Shown here: positions 45,874-56,351 of the stretch, one piece after another
Position numbering within the stretch: position 1 is the first letter of the stretch
Layout of the letters: each line of letters begins with the position of its first letter
NCBI GenBank assembly: GCA_965217585.1
Contig: OZ244561.1
Span: 384,001 to 448,000 of the forward strand
Length of the DNA stretch: 64,000 nucleotides
Source of the DNA: Candidatus Latescibacterota bacterium
GTDB taxonomy: Bacteria > Latescibacterota > UBA2968 > UBA8231
Direction of reading: 5' to 3'
Notes under the pieces: model-generated
What the model saw: only the letters and a program-made list of their open reading frames with translations
What the model was told of the DNA's origin: nothing
The model's database searches: none
Translations under genes and position numbers: made by a program

Positions 45874-47460
45874 ATGACGACCAATCCCACCCGCAATCTA
45901 TCCATCCTCGGCGATGCCGGGCACTTCATCAGCACCTTTCGCGCGATCTATCTCAACAACCCCGACGGCCGCGCCTTCGCCTTCACCGCGCACCGCTACA
46001 TGTGGCCCACCCGCTGGGAAGGCGATGGCCAAGTGAGCCTCTTCGGCCCCGAAGGCAAGGAAGTGGCCCGCGGCCAGATCGCGGGCGAAGAGGAGAGCGT
46101 GACCGTACAGATCCCGGCCGGCCCAAAAGGAGTGTATGCCGTCCGCATTGAGGGCCTGGGCTATCACCTGATGTGGTTCGAGTGTACCCTAGAGCAGATG
46201 GTGATCGACTGCGGCGACTGGGAGCAGCGAAAAGGGCGTCAGGAGACCTTCGACATGCACACCGTCACGGTGCCACGGCGCTGGTACTTTTTCGTGCCGG
46301 AGGGAGTGAACGAATTCCAGATCGGCAGCCGGCACGGGGGAGCCCACCGCCAGGACTCGGGCTTGGTGGTCTTTACCCCCCGAGGCCAGCCGGTGGCCGC
46401 CCATTTCGGCAGCCGGCCGCGGCCGTGGGGGGCGTCCTTTACCGAGCGCTTCAACATGACGCCGGCCTGGGATATCGTCAACCAAGAACCGGAAATGCAC
46501 GTCATGCACATCGAGACCGATCCGGGCAGCACCGGCCGCTTCTGGTCCATCTGGCTGTGCGGCGGCGACGGCCACTGCTATAGCCCGATGCAGGTCTTGC
46601 TCAATGGAGTGCCCACCTACTTATCTTCTATGCCCGAACAGTGGTTCAACCCGCAGACCGGCCGGTCGGCCCCGGTGGTGCAATACGACTTTCACGTCGG
46701 GCCCTCGCAGCGCACCAGCGAGACCTTCTGCGCGCCCAGTCCGCTCTTGGGCGATACCGATACCGGCATGCGCGGGGCGCACGCGGTTTACTTACACAAC
46801 CCGGAAAACCGCCCCTTCGACTTTTGCGCCACGGGCTACATTATCCCGGAGGACCAGTACATCCCCGTGCAGTTCCGGGCCAGCGGGCCCCAAGGCCAGG
46901 CACTAGGCCAAGCCGAGGGCTCGTTCACCCACAAATCCCCACCAGAGCCAGCGCTGATCAGCGTACCTGCCGCGGGCGCGGGCGTGTACAAGGTGGAGGT
47001 AGACGCCGCCCGTTGGTACGGCTGGAGCGAACCGACCATGGGGATGGTACTGGCGGGCAATCCCACTGCCGACGGAGGGGCGCGGTTCTCGCTGATGCTG
47101 GCCCTGGGACGGCACTGGTTCTTCGGCGTGCCCAAGGGCACCAGGGAATTCCGGGTGCGGGTCGACCTGGCCGATCCCAACCACGTGTTGCACGTCGAGG
47201 TGCACGGACCGGACCGGATCGCGCAGGTCTTGTACGCGCACGGGGGCACGCCGCGGGAAGCCGTGGTGCCAGTGCCGGCGGGGCTGGATGGCAAGGTGTG
47301 GTTTTTGAAGCTGTCGGTGGGCAGCGCCACCCGCCTGCTCGGGCAGGGGGCGCACAACCGGCGCACCGTGCAGGTGGATCCCGATATAGAGTTGCACGGG
47401 GTGCCCGGGTACATCGCCCCCACCTGGGAGCAGTGGTTCAATCCGGATGAGGTGGGCTAA
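45874..47460 (+). CDS. Hypothetical protein built from two internal repeats
   Basis: Paired motifs YLNNPDGRAF/YLHNPENRPF, RWYFFVPEG/HWFFGVPKG, GVPTYL..EQWFNP/GVPGYI..EQWFNP. Start placed at ATG 45874. Confidence 0.8.
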   Translation: MTTNPTRNLSILGDAGHFISTFRAIYLNNPDGRAFAFTAHRYMWPTRWEGDGQVSLFGPEGKEVARGQIAGEEESVTVQIPAGPKGVYAVRIEGLGYHLMWFECTLEQMVIDCGDWEQRKGRQETFDMHTVTVPRRWYFFVPEGVNEFQIGSRHGGAHRQDSGLVVFTPRGQPVAAHFGSRPRPWGASFTERFNMTPAWDIVNQEPEMHVMHIETDPGSTGRFWSIWLCGGDGHCYSPMQVLLNGVPTYLSSMPEQWFNPQTGRSAPVVQYDFHVGPSQRTSETFCAPSPLLGDTDTGMRGAHAVYLHNPENRPFDFCATGYIIPEDQYIPVQFRASGPQGQALGQAEGSFTHKSPPEPALISVPAAGAGVYKVEVDAARWYGWSEPTMGMVLAGNPTADGGARFSLMLALGRHWFFGVPKGTREFRVRVDLADPNHVLHVEVHGPDRIAQVLYAHGGTPREAVVPVPAGLDGKVWFLKLSVGSATRLLGQGAHNRRTVQVDPDIELHGVPGYIAPTWEQWFNPDEVG

Positions 47461-47493
47461 TGTGGTCTTCTGGATCGCGGGAGCACTCGCTGT

Positions 47494-49397
47494 ATGCGTA
47501 GCTTCACAGTGACTTTCTTTTTGGTTGCGCTGGCCGCGAATCTGCTGGTTCCGGACTCGGGTGGGGGCCTGACCATCTATCGGATCGGTGGCTCCGATAT
47601 GGACCCGCCCCCGGAAGCGGGCATGGAGGGGGTGGAATTCGTGCCGCTGAGTTGGGAGGGAGCCGCCCAGGGCTTCGACGGGCAGGTGCAAGGGCTGACG
47701 ACAGAGGGGGAGCAAATCGAACCGTTGCTGATTACACCGGATGACAACGTGATGCTCGGCGCCCTGGCCAGGGGTGGGGGTGCCGTCGGCTTCACGATCT
47801 CAGGTGATGCCTATTTCAAGTTTGAACTGCTCGACGCCATGACTGACGGCGACCCAGCAACCACATTTAACCTGCGCGATGCCGGCAAAGGTCTGGAGCG
47901 ATACCCCCGCACCGCAAGCTCGAGGGTCCTCTTCGACCTGGGGACGCGCTTTCCGATAAACAGGGTGCGAATGTATCCGGACCCCCGGTTCCCGGAACGG
48001 TATGCCGAGGAATTCTCTGTGATGGCCGTGGTCGGGCCCTTGACGCCAAGGCTCTTTCCCGGCGAAGCTACCAAAGTGCTCAGGTCGGAGACGGCCAATC
48101 GGAACCAGGTCGTCGATTTCACCTTCCCTCGCCGCAACCTCGCCCAGCTTCTGTTGCACGTGCGCTCGCCGGGCTTTTGGGAGATCGCCGAGTTCGAAGT
48201 CTACGGCGACGGCTACGTGCCGGAAGCGACGTACCGCTCCGCGGTGCTGGATCTGGGGGGGGCTCGACCCTGGGGCCGCTGCGCTGGATCGGCTTCCGGG
48301 ACCGCGACGCCCGGGTCAAGATCAGCACCCGCAGTGGCCTGGACGAGGACCCCAACCGCTACTGGCGCTTCACCGGCCGTGGTGACGAGCGGACTTTCCT
48401 CGATGAGCAGGGCCAGCCCTTGACTCGCACGGCCTACGAGAGTCTGTCGTCCGGCCGGAGCGACATCACCCCCGACCTGGACCACTGGAGCGCCTGGTCG
48501 GGGGTCTACGATTTCGCCGACAGCGCCGCTACGGCTATGGTCTCGTCGAGCCCGCGGCGGTTCCTGCAGCTGCAAGTGGAGTTCGTGCCCAAGGGACTGC
48601 ACGGCGGCGGACTCGAGATGATGGAGTTCAGGGTATCGCAGCCGCCGGTGAGTGGCCCAGTGGTGGGAGAGATCTGGCCAGTGGAAGTGGAGCCGGCCGC
48701 GGTGACATCGTTCGTCTATGCCTTGCGGCCGGAGCTGGGGCCGGAGACGACCGGGTTCGACCAGCTGGTGCTGGAGACCTCGGGGAAGTTCACCGGCCTG
48801 GACTCGGTGTGGATCAACCAGGAACGCGCCGACATTGATTTGCTAAGCGTGCAAGACCAGCATCTGGTAGTGGGACTGCCGCGGATGGGACCGACCGACA
48901 ACCGCAAGCTGGTGGAGGTATTTTTCCGGGCGCAGGTCTACTACTTCGGCACCATGTTCCAGGGGCAGGTGTTCGACTCGGAACGGCCGCTTGAAGTGGG
49001 GCAGTTGGTGGAGGCGGAGGACGCGACCTTCCGGCTGGACAGCACGCAGCTGTGGGTAGGCATCCAGCTTGGAGGTGGACTGCTGCGCCAAGTGGGGGTT
49101 CACCCGCCGGTGGTCACCCCCAATGGGGATGGCATCAACGACCAAGTACACATCGAGTACACCGTGCTGAAACTGACGGAGGCCGGCGCGGTGGAGGTGG
49201 CCATACTCGATCTGTCGGGCCGCCGGGTGCGGCAGGTCTACCAGGGCCGGGACCGCAGCGGGCGTCATGGCCGGGCATGGGACGGCCGGGGCGAGGACGA
49301 GCGCGTGGTGGCGCCGGGCTTCTACATGTATCAGGTGCAATTGGACGCGGACGAGGGGCGGGAAGAGCGCAATGGGCTCATCTCGGTGGTGTATTAG
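47494..49397 (+). pseudogene. Secreted discoidin-like/FlgD-Ig domain protein, paralog 8, frameshifted in a G8 tract
   Basis: The 5' half (ORF 47494-48423) and 3' half (ORF 48177-49397) join at G8 48255-48262. One extra G gives DLGGGSTLGP, colinear with paralog 1 DLGATSTLGT. Confidence 0.85.
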
Positions 49398-49565
49398 CCG
49401 CTTGAGGAAAATTCGGTTTGCATCATTTTATCCAACCTCAATTTTACCTAAATTAAAACTACGAAGTGATTGTACCACAAATAAAAAAGACCGCCCACTC
49501 GGGGAAGCCCTCTCAAACTTCCCGGTGCGCCCCGAACCCGAGCGGTGAAACGCGAGGAGGCGAAC

Positions 49566-51017
49566 ATGCGACGCCCGAGAACCATCTACTTCAACGATGC
49601 GCGCCACTACTACCTGTTCGTCTTTGAGCCACCCATGCGCTTGGAAGATGCCTGGAGGCCCATAGACGAAGTTGCCGGCACGGCCGTGGATACCTTCATC
49701 TACGGCGTGTCCCGGGGCGATGGCCTGTTCTATCCCTCGGACAAGGGACGGCGTTTCGGCACCGGCCTAAATTCCTTTGCCATGGCGGCGTACTGGCGGG
49801 TGTGGGAGAACATGCAGAGCCTGATCGACCGGGGACTGGATCCACTGCAAGTGCTGGTCGACCGGGCCCACGAGCAGGGCATGGATTTTTTCGCCAGTTT
49901 GCGCATGGGCGATTTCCCGGGACTGGACGGCAAGTACACCCTGTCCGGAGGCGGGCGGGGGTACGTCCACCGGGAAGTGCGCGAGCACCAGCTAGGCGTG
50001 CTGGAAGAGCTGGCCACCCAGTACCCGGTGGAGGGGGTGGAGCTGGACTTTGCCGCGGCCCCGGCCGGCACTTCTCACTGGCTCAAGCCCGAGGATGTGG
50101 AGGAGTACACCCCGCTGATGACCGAGTACGTCCGCCAGATTTCCCAGACCGTGCGGCAGCGGCCCGGGCAACCGGGCCAGCTCGGGGCGCGGATCTATCC
50201 CACCGAGGCCTTGAACCGCCGCACGGGCTTGGATGTGCGCACTTGGCTGGAGGAGGGCCTGGTCGACTATGTGGTGCCCCTGGTGTACGCCTATTTCGTC
50301 CTCGATTCCCAAATGCCCATCGACTGGCTGGTGCGGGCCGCCCACGCCCATGAGGTATCCGTGTACGCCATGTTGCAGCCTTATTACACCGAAGAAAACC
50401 GCAGATTTCACACCGTGTCCAATGCCACCCCGGCCATGATGCGGGCCGCTGCGGCGAATTTCCAGGCCAAGGAGGTCGATGGGCTCTACACCTGGTTCAT
50501 GGCCTGGCCCCTCGGAGAAGCCGAGCGCAACACCCTCACGGAACTGGGCCACCGCGATCTGACTGAGGAAGGCGACAAACACTACTTTCTCTGCCGCAAG
50601 CCCGAGTCCGAGCACGTGCTCGGGTACGAGGCCCTGCTGCCGATCCAGATCGACCGCGACGATTTGGGCAAAGCCTTCTCAATCCCCTTCTCCGTGGCCG
50701 ACGACCCCCAAAATCTCCAGGTCCAGAGCATGGTGCTCAGGCTCAATATCGCCGACCTGGTCGGGGCGGATCGCCTCGAGGTGGCGCTGAACGGCGAATC
50801 TCTCGCAGGGGAAGTGTGCCGGCGCTCGAGCGCCCGCCAGGTCGATCCGTACACCGGGCAATGGCTGGAATTCCACCTGGAAAAGGTGCGGCCAAGACGA
50901 GGAGACAACCTGCTGGAATTGACGCTGCTGGAGCGGCCGGCCAATCTGCACGGCGGGGTCGTGGTCGAGGATGTGGAGATCGTGGTCAAATACGGTACTT
51001 ATCCGGCGGGCCTGTGA
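49566..51017 (+). CDS. Glycoside hydrolase-like (GHL10-like TIM barrel) protein
   Basis: IYFND, FFASLRM, YPVEGVELDF, GLDVRTWLEEGLVDY, DGLY, plus a C-terminal beta domain. GAGGAGG RBS. Confidence 0.7.
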   Translation: MRRPRTIYFNDARHYYLFVFEPPMRLEDAWRPIDEVAGTAVDTFIYGVSRGDGLFYPSDKGRRFGTGLNSFAMAAYWRVWENMQSLIDRGLDPLQVLVDRAHEQGMDFFASLRMGDFPGLDGKYTLSGGGRGYVHREVREHQLGVLEELATQYPVEGVELDFAAAPAGTSHWLKPEDVEEYTPLMTEYVRQISQTVRQRPGQPGQLGARIYPTEALNRRTGLDVRTWLEEGLVDYVVPLVYAYFVLDSQMPIDWLVRAAHAHEVSVYAMLQPYYTEENRRFHTVSNATPAMMRAAAANFQAKEVDGLYTWFMAWPLGEAERNTLTELGHRDLTEEGDKHYFLCRKPESEHVLGYEALLPIQIDRDDLGKAFSIPFSVADDPQNLQVQSMVLRLNIADLVGADRLEVALNGESLAGEVCRRSSARQVDPYTGQWLEFHLEKVRPRRGDNLLELTLLERPANLHGGVVVEDVEIVVKYGTYPAGL

Positions 51018-51048
51018 GGTGCCCTAGGCACCTTGAAATACCCAAGGG

Positions 51049-52752
51049 CTAGGCTTTGGCCTTGCGCAGAGCCGCGGTACCCGCTTCGTCCACAGTCCAA
51101 GTCCCGGTATCGATAACCACGCCGTACAGGGCCTTGGCCGCCTCGACCGAAACCAGTTCCTGGCGCACGTCCTCCAGCACCCTGTGCGGCTCGCGCTGCC
51201 GGGCCGGCCCGTACCCACCCCCACCCGGCAGCCTCAGGGTGACCGATTCACCGGGCCGCAGCAAGTACTTGGATTTGGGATGCAGCGGCTCTCCCTCCTG
51301 CAAAAACAACTCGCCCGTGGCCCCGTCCAGGCCGCCGTGGAAGCCCCTGGCCGGGTGAATGGTCCGGTCGTACATGCACGAGTGCAAAGCCGGCCCCTCG
51401 CCGCGCACCTCCAGGACCATCTCCTGCCCCAGACCGCCCCGGAATTTCCCGGCCCCGCCCGAATCGGGGCGCAGGGCCCGCCGGTGTATGAGGATCGGCG
51501 ATACGGCCTCGATGGCCTCGGCCGGCACGCCGCGGATGCCGCTGGGGAAGGCCGTGGCGGAAAGCCCGTCAGCGCCGGGCCGGGCACCCATGCCGCCGGC
51601 GGAAAAGAAGATATAGGCGAATACCCGGCCATCCCGATCGCGGCCCTCGAACTGGCTGTTCCACAACCCGGCCGAACCATCGGCGATGACGCGCTCCGGC
51701 AGGGCCTGGGCCAGTGCCCCGAATATGACCTGCGAGAGAAAGTGGCCCACCAGATGGCGCGCGCCCACCGCGGCCGGAAAAGTGCAGTTGAGGATGGAGC
51801 CTTCGGGGGCCTTTACCGCGACCGGGCGAAAACTGCCCTCGTTGTTGGGCACGGCCGGACCAATGGCGCAGATCAACGGATACGTGGTGTACGCATGGGT
51901 GTAGTTGAACACCACGTTGATGCCCCGGTCGATCTGGGGCGAAGTGCCGGCGTAGTCGACCAGCAGATCGCTGCCCCGCACGGCGACGCTGGCGCGGATG
52001 GTCAAGGGCGCGTCAAAACCGTCAATGCTCACCTCGTCGCGGTACACCCCATCGGGAATTTTGGCAATGGCGCTGCGCAGGGCTTCTTCCGTGCGGGTGA
52101 GAATGAGCGTCGACAGCTCCTCGAGATCGTCGAGATCGCACTCCTCCATCATCTCGACCAACTTGGCGCCCCCCACGTCATTGCCCGCCTGCTGGGCGTA
52201 CAGATCCCCCACCACCTGGTCCGGCTCGCGCACGTTGGCTTTGACAATGGCGATCAAATCTCGGTTGATCTGCCCGCCGCGGAACAGTTTCATCATGGGG
52301 ATGTGGAGGCCCTCTTCGAATACTTCGCGGGCGTCCGCCCCCAGGGTGCGCCCGCCAATGTCGATGGCGTGGCAGGTATTGGCGAACCAGCCAATGCCGC
52401 GGCCCCGATAAAACACCGGCGTCACCACCGTGATATCGTGCAGATGCCCCGAGCACAGCCAGGGGTCGTTGGTCAGCAGGCTGTCGCCGGGCTCGAGGGA
52501 AGCGAGCGGATGGGCGCGGACAAAGTCGCGGACGCAATTGGCCATGGTATTGATGTGGCCGGGGGTGCCGGTCACGGCCTGGGCCAGCATATTGCCCTCG
52601 GCGTCAAAGACTCCGGCCGACAGATCGCCGGCCTCGCGCACCACCGTGGTAAAGGAGGCGTGCATCAGCACCGCGGCCTGTTCGTCGACAATGGAAATGA
52701 GCCGGTTCCACAGTACTTCCAGCGCAATGGGATCAATCTGGGCGTCATTCAT
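51049..52752 (-). CDS. hyuB: Hydantoinase B/oxoprolinase family protein
   Basis: Motifs VREAGDLS, GTPGH, NDPWLCSGHLHD, HAIDIGG, DSGGAGKFRGGLG, PGGGGYG. Confidence 0.93.
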   Translation of the reverse strand: MNDAQIDPIALEVLWNRLISIVDEQAAVLMHASFTTVVREAGDLSAGVFDAEGNMLAQAVTGTPGHINTMANCVRDFVRAHPLASLEPGDSLLTNDPWLCSGHLHDITVVTPVFYRGRGIGWFANTCHAIDIGGRTLGADAREVFEEGLHIPMMKLFRGGQINRDLIAIVKANVREPDQVVGDLYAQQAGNDVGGAKLVEMMEECDLDDLEELSTLILTRTEEALRSAIAKIPDGVYRDEVSIDGFDAPLTIRASVAVRGSDLLVDYAGTSPQIDRGINVVFNYTHAYTTYPLICAIGPAVPNNEGSFRPVAVKAPEGSILNCTFPAAVGARHLVGHFLSQVIFGALAQALPERVIADGSAGLWNSQFEGRDRDGRVFAYIFFSAGGMGARPGADGLSATAFPSGIRGVPAEAIEAVSPILIHRRALRPDSGGAGKFRGGLGQEMVLEVRGEGPALHSCMYDRTIHPARGFHGGLDGATGELFLQEGEPLHPKSKYLLRPGESVTLRLPGGGGYGPARQREPHRVLEDVRQELVSVEAAKALYGVVIDTGTWTVDEAGTAALRKAKA

Positions 52753-52783
52753 GGCATTGACCTATATCGACGGTACATGCGGC

Positions 52784-54883
52784 CTAGCCCGGCCGCGCCA
52801 GCAACAGCTCTCCATTCTCGCCGACGCGGCACTGCCAGTCCGGCCGCACCACGGTCGTGGATTCGGCCTCTTCAATGATGGCCGGCCCCTCTATACTGAA
52901 ACCCTCCTCCAAGAGGTAGCGATCGTACACCGGCACATCTCGGGCACCTTCACCCGCGGCAAAAACGACCCCTCGGTGGCCCTTCAAAGCCCCGGCCTTG
53001 CCAGCGGACCGGTCCCGGCGAATCTCGACGCGCCCCGGCCGGGGCCGCGGGCCGGTGACCGCGACCCGCCAGTGCACTGACTCGATGGGCACGCCAGCGC
53101 ACAGACGGCCGTACAGACGCTGGTAATCGGCTTCGAAAGCCTCTTCAATACGGGATGCCATCCGCTCGTCAAAGGGGACATCCGGCAACTCCACCCGAAT
53201 CTCAAAGCCCTGTCCCACATAGCGCATATCAGCGCTGCGCCGCACCTCGATATCGGCCGCGGTCACCCCCGCGGCCTCGACAATGCCGCGGCCCTCCGCT
53301 TCGAGGGCGCGCAGCAAATTGCCCAGCTCATCGATGTCGAGGTCTTCGAGACGCACCACGTACGTGCGCACAAAGTCGAACAAAATCGGCGCTAGCATCA
53401 AGCCAAAGGCCGATCCCACGCCAGCCGCCGGGGGCACGATGACCGCGTCGAGACCCAGCCGCTGTGCTAGGCCGCAGGCGTGCACGGGCCCGGCGCCCCC
53501 GGTTGCCACCAGCGTGTGCGAGCGGATGTCGAGGCCGCGCTCGGCCGCGTGCACGCGGACGGCATTGGCCATATTCTCGTCCACTAGCTGGTGGATCCCC
53601 CAAGCCGCGCGCTCAAGGCTCATATCCAGGGCCGCTCCCCAATCCGCCACGGCCCGCTGCGCGGCCTCCGGGTCCAGGACCATGCTCCCACCCAGGAAAT
53701 AGTCCGCGTTGAGCAGGCCCAGGACCAGATCCGCATCCGTCACGGTGGGCCGGGTCCCGCCCCGCCCATAGCAGGCTGGCCCCGGGTCGGCCCCGGCGCT
53801 TTCCGGGCCCACCACGGGCAGGCCCATATCGCTCAGCCGGGCGATGCTGCCGCCGCCGGCCCCTATTTCAATCATGTCCATCACCGGCACCAGCAGGGGC
53901 AGGCCGCTCCCCTTCTTGAAGCGGTATACCCGCGCCACTTCCGATTCCGAGGCCAAGGCAAAATCGCCACCCGCGGTGAGGATGGCCTTGGCCGTGGTAC
54001 CGCCCATATCAAAGGCCAAGACTTCTCGCCGCCCGGCGATTTTGCCCCAGTATGCCGCTGCCAGGGCACCGCCGCAGGGGCCCGATTCCACCAGCCGCAC
54101 GGGAAATTCAGCGGCCGTGTCCACCGAGCACGAACCGCCGTTGGACAGCATGATGTGCAGCGGCACCCGCACGCCACTGGCGCCCAATCCCTCTTCCAGG
54201 CCCTTCAGGTAGCGCGCGGCCAAGGGCTGGACATAGGCATTGGCCACCGTGGTCGAGGTGCGTTCGTACTCGCGGAATTCCGGCGCTACCTGGTGGGATA
54301 CAGCCACCGCCACATCGGGCAACTGCCGGCGCACTAGGGCCCGGGCGCGCTGCTCGTGTGCGGAATTCAGGTACCCGTGCAAAAAGACGATGGCCACGGC
54401 CTCGACCCCTTCGGCCCGGAAAAAGGCGCAGGCTTGCCGCACGGCCTCTTCGTCGAGGGGCGTCAACACCGCCCCGCTCGCATCCACCCGCTCCGCCACT
54501 TCCCGCCGCCAGCGGCGCTCGACCAGAGGCGCGGGCCGCTCGAGGAACAGGTCGTATATATCGTAGCGGCCCTCGCGTCCGATTTCCAGCGCGTCGCGAA
54601 AGCCGGCCGTGGTAATCAAGCCCGTGCGGCTCCCCTTGCGCTCGATGAGGGCATTGGTAATCAGCGTGGTGCCGTGCACGGTCCGCCCCACGGAGCCGGC
54701 CTCCACCTGCCACTCCTCGAACAGGTCTTGCACCCCTGCCAGCACGCCGGCGGAGGGATCGGGATACGTGGTGAGGACCTTGCTGGCCACCAGCGCGTCG
54801 GCAGACGGATCGAGCAGCACCAGATCGGTGAAGGTGCCGCCTATGTCGATGGCCAGCAAATGCCCGTTGATCGAATCAGTCAC
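52784..54883 (-). CDS. hyuA: Hydantoinase A/oxoprolinase family protein
   Basis: Motifs DIGGTFTD, HGTTLITN, EYERTSTT, ESGP, DMGGTT, IGAGGGS, PGPACY. GTG 54883 with a GGGAGG RBS. Confidence 0.93.
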   Translation of the reverse strand: MTDSINGHLLAIDIGGTFTDLVLLDPSADALVASKVLTTYPDPSAGVLAGVQDLFEEWQVEAGSVGRTVHGTTLITNALIERKGSRTGLITTAGFRDALEIGREGRYDIYDLFLERPAPLVERRWRREVAERVDASGAVLTPLDEEAVRQACAFFRAEGVEAVAIVFLHGYLNSAHEQRARALVRRQLPDVAVAVSHQVAPEFREYERTSTTVANAYVQPLAARYLKGLEEGLGASGVRVPLHIMLSNGGSCSVDTAAEFPVRLVESGPCGGALAAAYWGKIAGRREVLAFDMGGTTAKAILTAGGDFALASESEVARVYRFKKGSGLPLLVPVMDMIEIGAGGGSIARLSDMGLPVVGPESAGADPGPACYGRGGTRPTVTDADLVLGLLNADYFLGGSMVLDPEAAQRAVADWGAALDMSLERAAWGIHQLVDENMANAVRVHAAERGLDIRSHTLVATGGAGPVHACGLAQRLGLDAVIVPPAAGVGSAFGLMLAPILFDFVRTYVVRLEDLDIDELGNLLRALEAEGRGIVEAAGVTAADIEVRRSADMRYVGQGFEIRVELPDVPFDERMASRIEEAFEADYQRLYGRLCAGVPIESVHWRVAVTGPRPRPGRVEIRRDRSAGKAGALKGHRGVVFAAGEGARDVPVYDRYLLEEGFSIEGPAIIEEAESTTVVRPDWQCRVGENGELLLARPG

Positions 54884-54906
54884 TGTCCTCCCGTGCCCTC
54901 CCTCCT

Positions 54907-55914
54907 TCAGACATTCCACACCCGCTCGAAGAGACTCATCCAGTTTCCGCCCAACAGCTTGGTGATCTCCTCGGCCCTGTACCCGCGATTGGCGAGCGCC
55001 TCCGCCAGGTTGGGGAACTCCGCCGGGCTGTCGATCCCCTTTGGTTGAAAACTCAGCTCCGTGTACGGCACCGACCCATCGGCAAAGGTCGAGGGAAATT
55101 TCGTGCCCTGCTGCGATACGATGTAATGCCAGAATTCGAGCGGCTGATCGTGGGTGGAATCAGTGCCGATGGCCACGTGATCGAGACCGATCCGCTCCAC
55201 CATGTCGTCGATGGCATCGACGAAATCCTCGACCGTCGAATCGAATCCCTTGGGAAGAAAGTTGGCAAAGGACGTGGCACCCACGACGCCCCCCTTTTCG
55301 GCGAGGAGCTTGAGCGCCTCTTCTTCCTTGTTGCGCGGATGGCCGCAAAAACTGCGGGCATTGGCATGGGTGATCGCAACCGGCTGCTCGGACATCTCAA
55401 TGGCATCCATCGTCGTCTTCGGACCAACGTGCGACAAGTCGATGACAATGCCGAGCCGGTTCATCTCGCGCACCGCATCGACGCCGAAGTTGCTCAGGCC
55501 ACAATCGTTCCGCTCCCAACAGCCGCTGCCCAGCAGATTGGTCTCGTGATAAGTCAGTTGAATCACCCGCACCCCGAGGGCGAGGAAAAGCCCCAGGCGA
55601 TCCAATTCGTTCTCGATGGGCGAGGCGTTCTGAAAACTGAGGATGATCCCGGTCTTGCCGAGCGCTTTGGCGGCGTGAATGTCGGCCGTCTCCTTCACCT
55701 GCACGATGTCGTGGCGCTCGCGAAAACGCCGCATCCACGCCGCCAGGTGCGCCATGGTCTGCACAAAATTTTCCCACGTTGCCACCGTGGCGTTGATAGC
55801 GGTGATATTGCCGGCTCGCAAACGCTCGAACACCGCGTCGCTCTCCCAGTTGCTGACGTTCAGACCATCTATGACAATCGCCTCGTCGTAGACCTTCCTC
55901 GCTTCACTCGACAT
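54907..55914 (-). CDS. Membrane dipeptidase (peptidase M19) family protein
   Basis: Motifs LGVRVIQLTY, MNRLGIVIDLSH, ITHAN, HPRNK, HVAIGTD, LLGGNW. Confidence 0.9.
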   Translation of the reverse strand: MSSEARKVYDEAIVIDGLNVSNWESDAVFERLRAGNITAINATVATWENFVQTMAHLAAWMRRFRERHDIVQVKETADIHAAKALGKTGIILSFQNASPIENELDRLGLFLALGVRVIQLTYHETNLLGSGCWERNDCGLSNFGVDAVREMNRLGIVIDLSHVGPKTTMDAIEMSEQPVAITHANARSFCGHPRNKEEEALKLLAEKGGVVGATSFANFLPKGFDSTVEDFVDAIDDMVERIGLDHVAIGTDSTHDQPLEFWHYIVSQQGTKFPSTFADGSVPYTELSFQPKGIDSPAEFPNLAEALANRGYRAEEITKLLGGNWMSLFERVWNV

Positions 55915-55974
55915 CGCGCACCTCCTCTCTCAGTTGAAATCCACAGGGTTTAATCCAGCAGAGATGGGCTGAGT

Positions 55975-56292
55975 TCAGCAACAGCCCTTCACTTCTTGGT
56001 CGGTGGGCGCTTGGCAGCGAATGAATTCGTAGAACAGCGCGCCGGCTGCTAGGGCCGGGCCTAAGCTGCGGGCTGGATTCATCGAGGACCCACACAACGG
56101 CCCAGCGAACATGGCCTCCAGTCCCACGGTGCCGCCAATAGCTAGACCGGCCGCTGGCCCCACGGCGCGAAAATCGGTCGCCATGCTCATAATGACCAGC
56201 ATCAGCAAAAAGGTCAACATGAATTCTCACACTAGGGCCGTAGCGAACGAGCCGTCCACTGGTAGGGAGACCCCCAAGTTCAGTAGCCGCAT
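55975..56292 (-). pseudogene. Aquaporin/MIP channel remnant (C-terminal half)
   Basis: LGVSLP...ALV*EFMLTFLLMLVI...GSSMNPARSLGPA. In-frame TGA at 56227-56229. The first NPA half is absent and the last TM is shortened. Confidence 0.8.
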
Positions 56293-56351
56293 CCGCAAAA
56301 AAACTATATAAATGTAGCGGGCCATGCTGCCTCGCTCAACAACTGCACTCA

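Noticed and set aside
51184-52878. Long antisense ORFs (also 13060-14286, 34578-35591, 41486-42616, 55045-55953)
   Set aside because: These are shadow frames of well-supported genes, caused by GC-rich codon bias.
56227-56229. In-frame TGA as selenocysteine or a recoded stop
   Set aside because: The gene is otherwise truncated and TGA is used as a normal stop throughout the window. A simple nonsense mutation is more likely.
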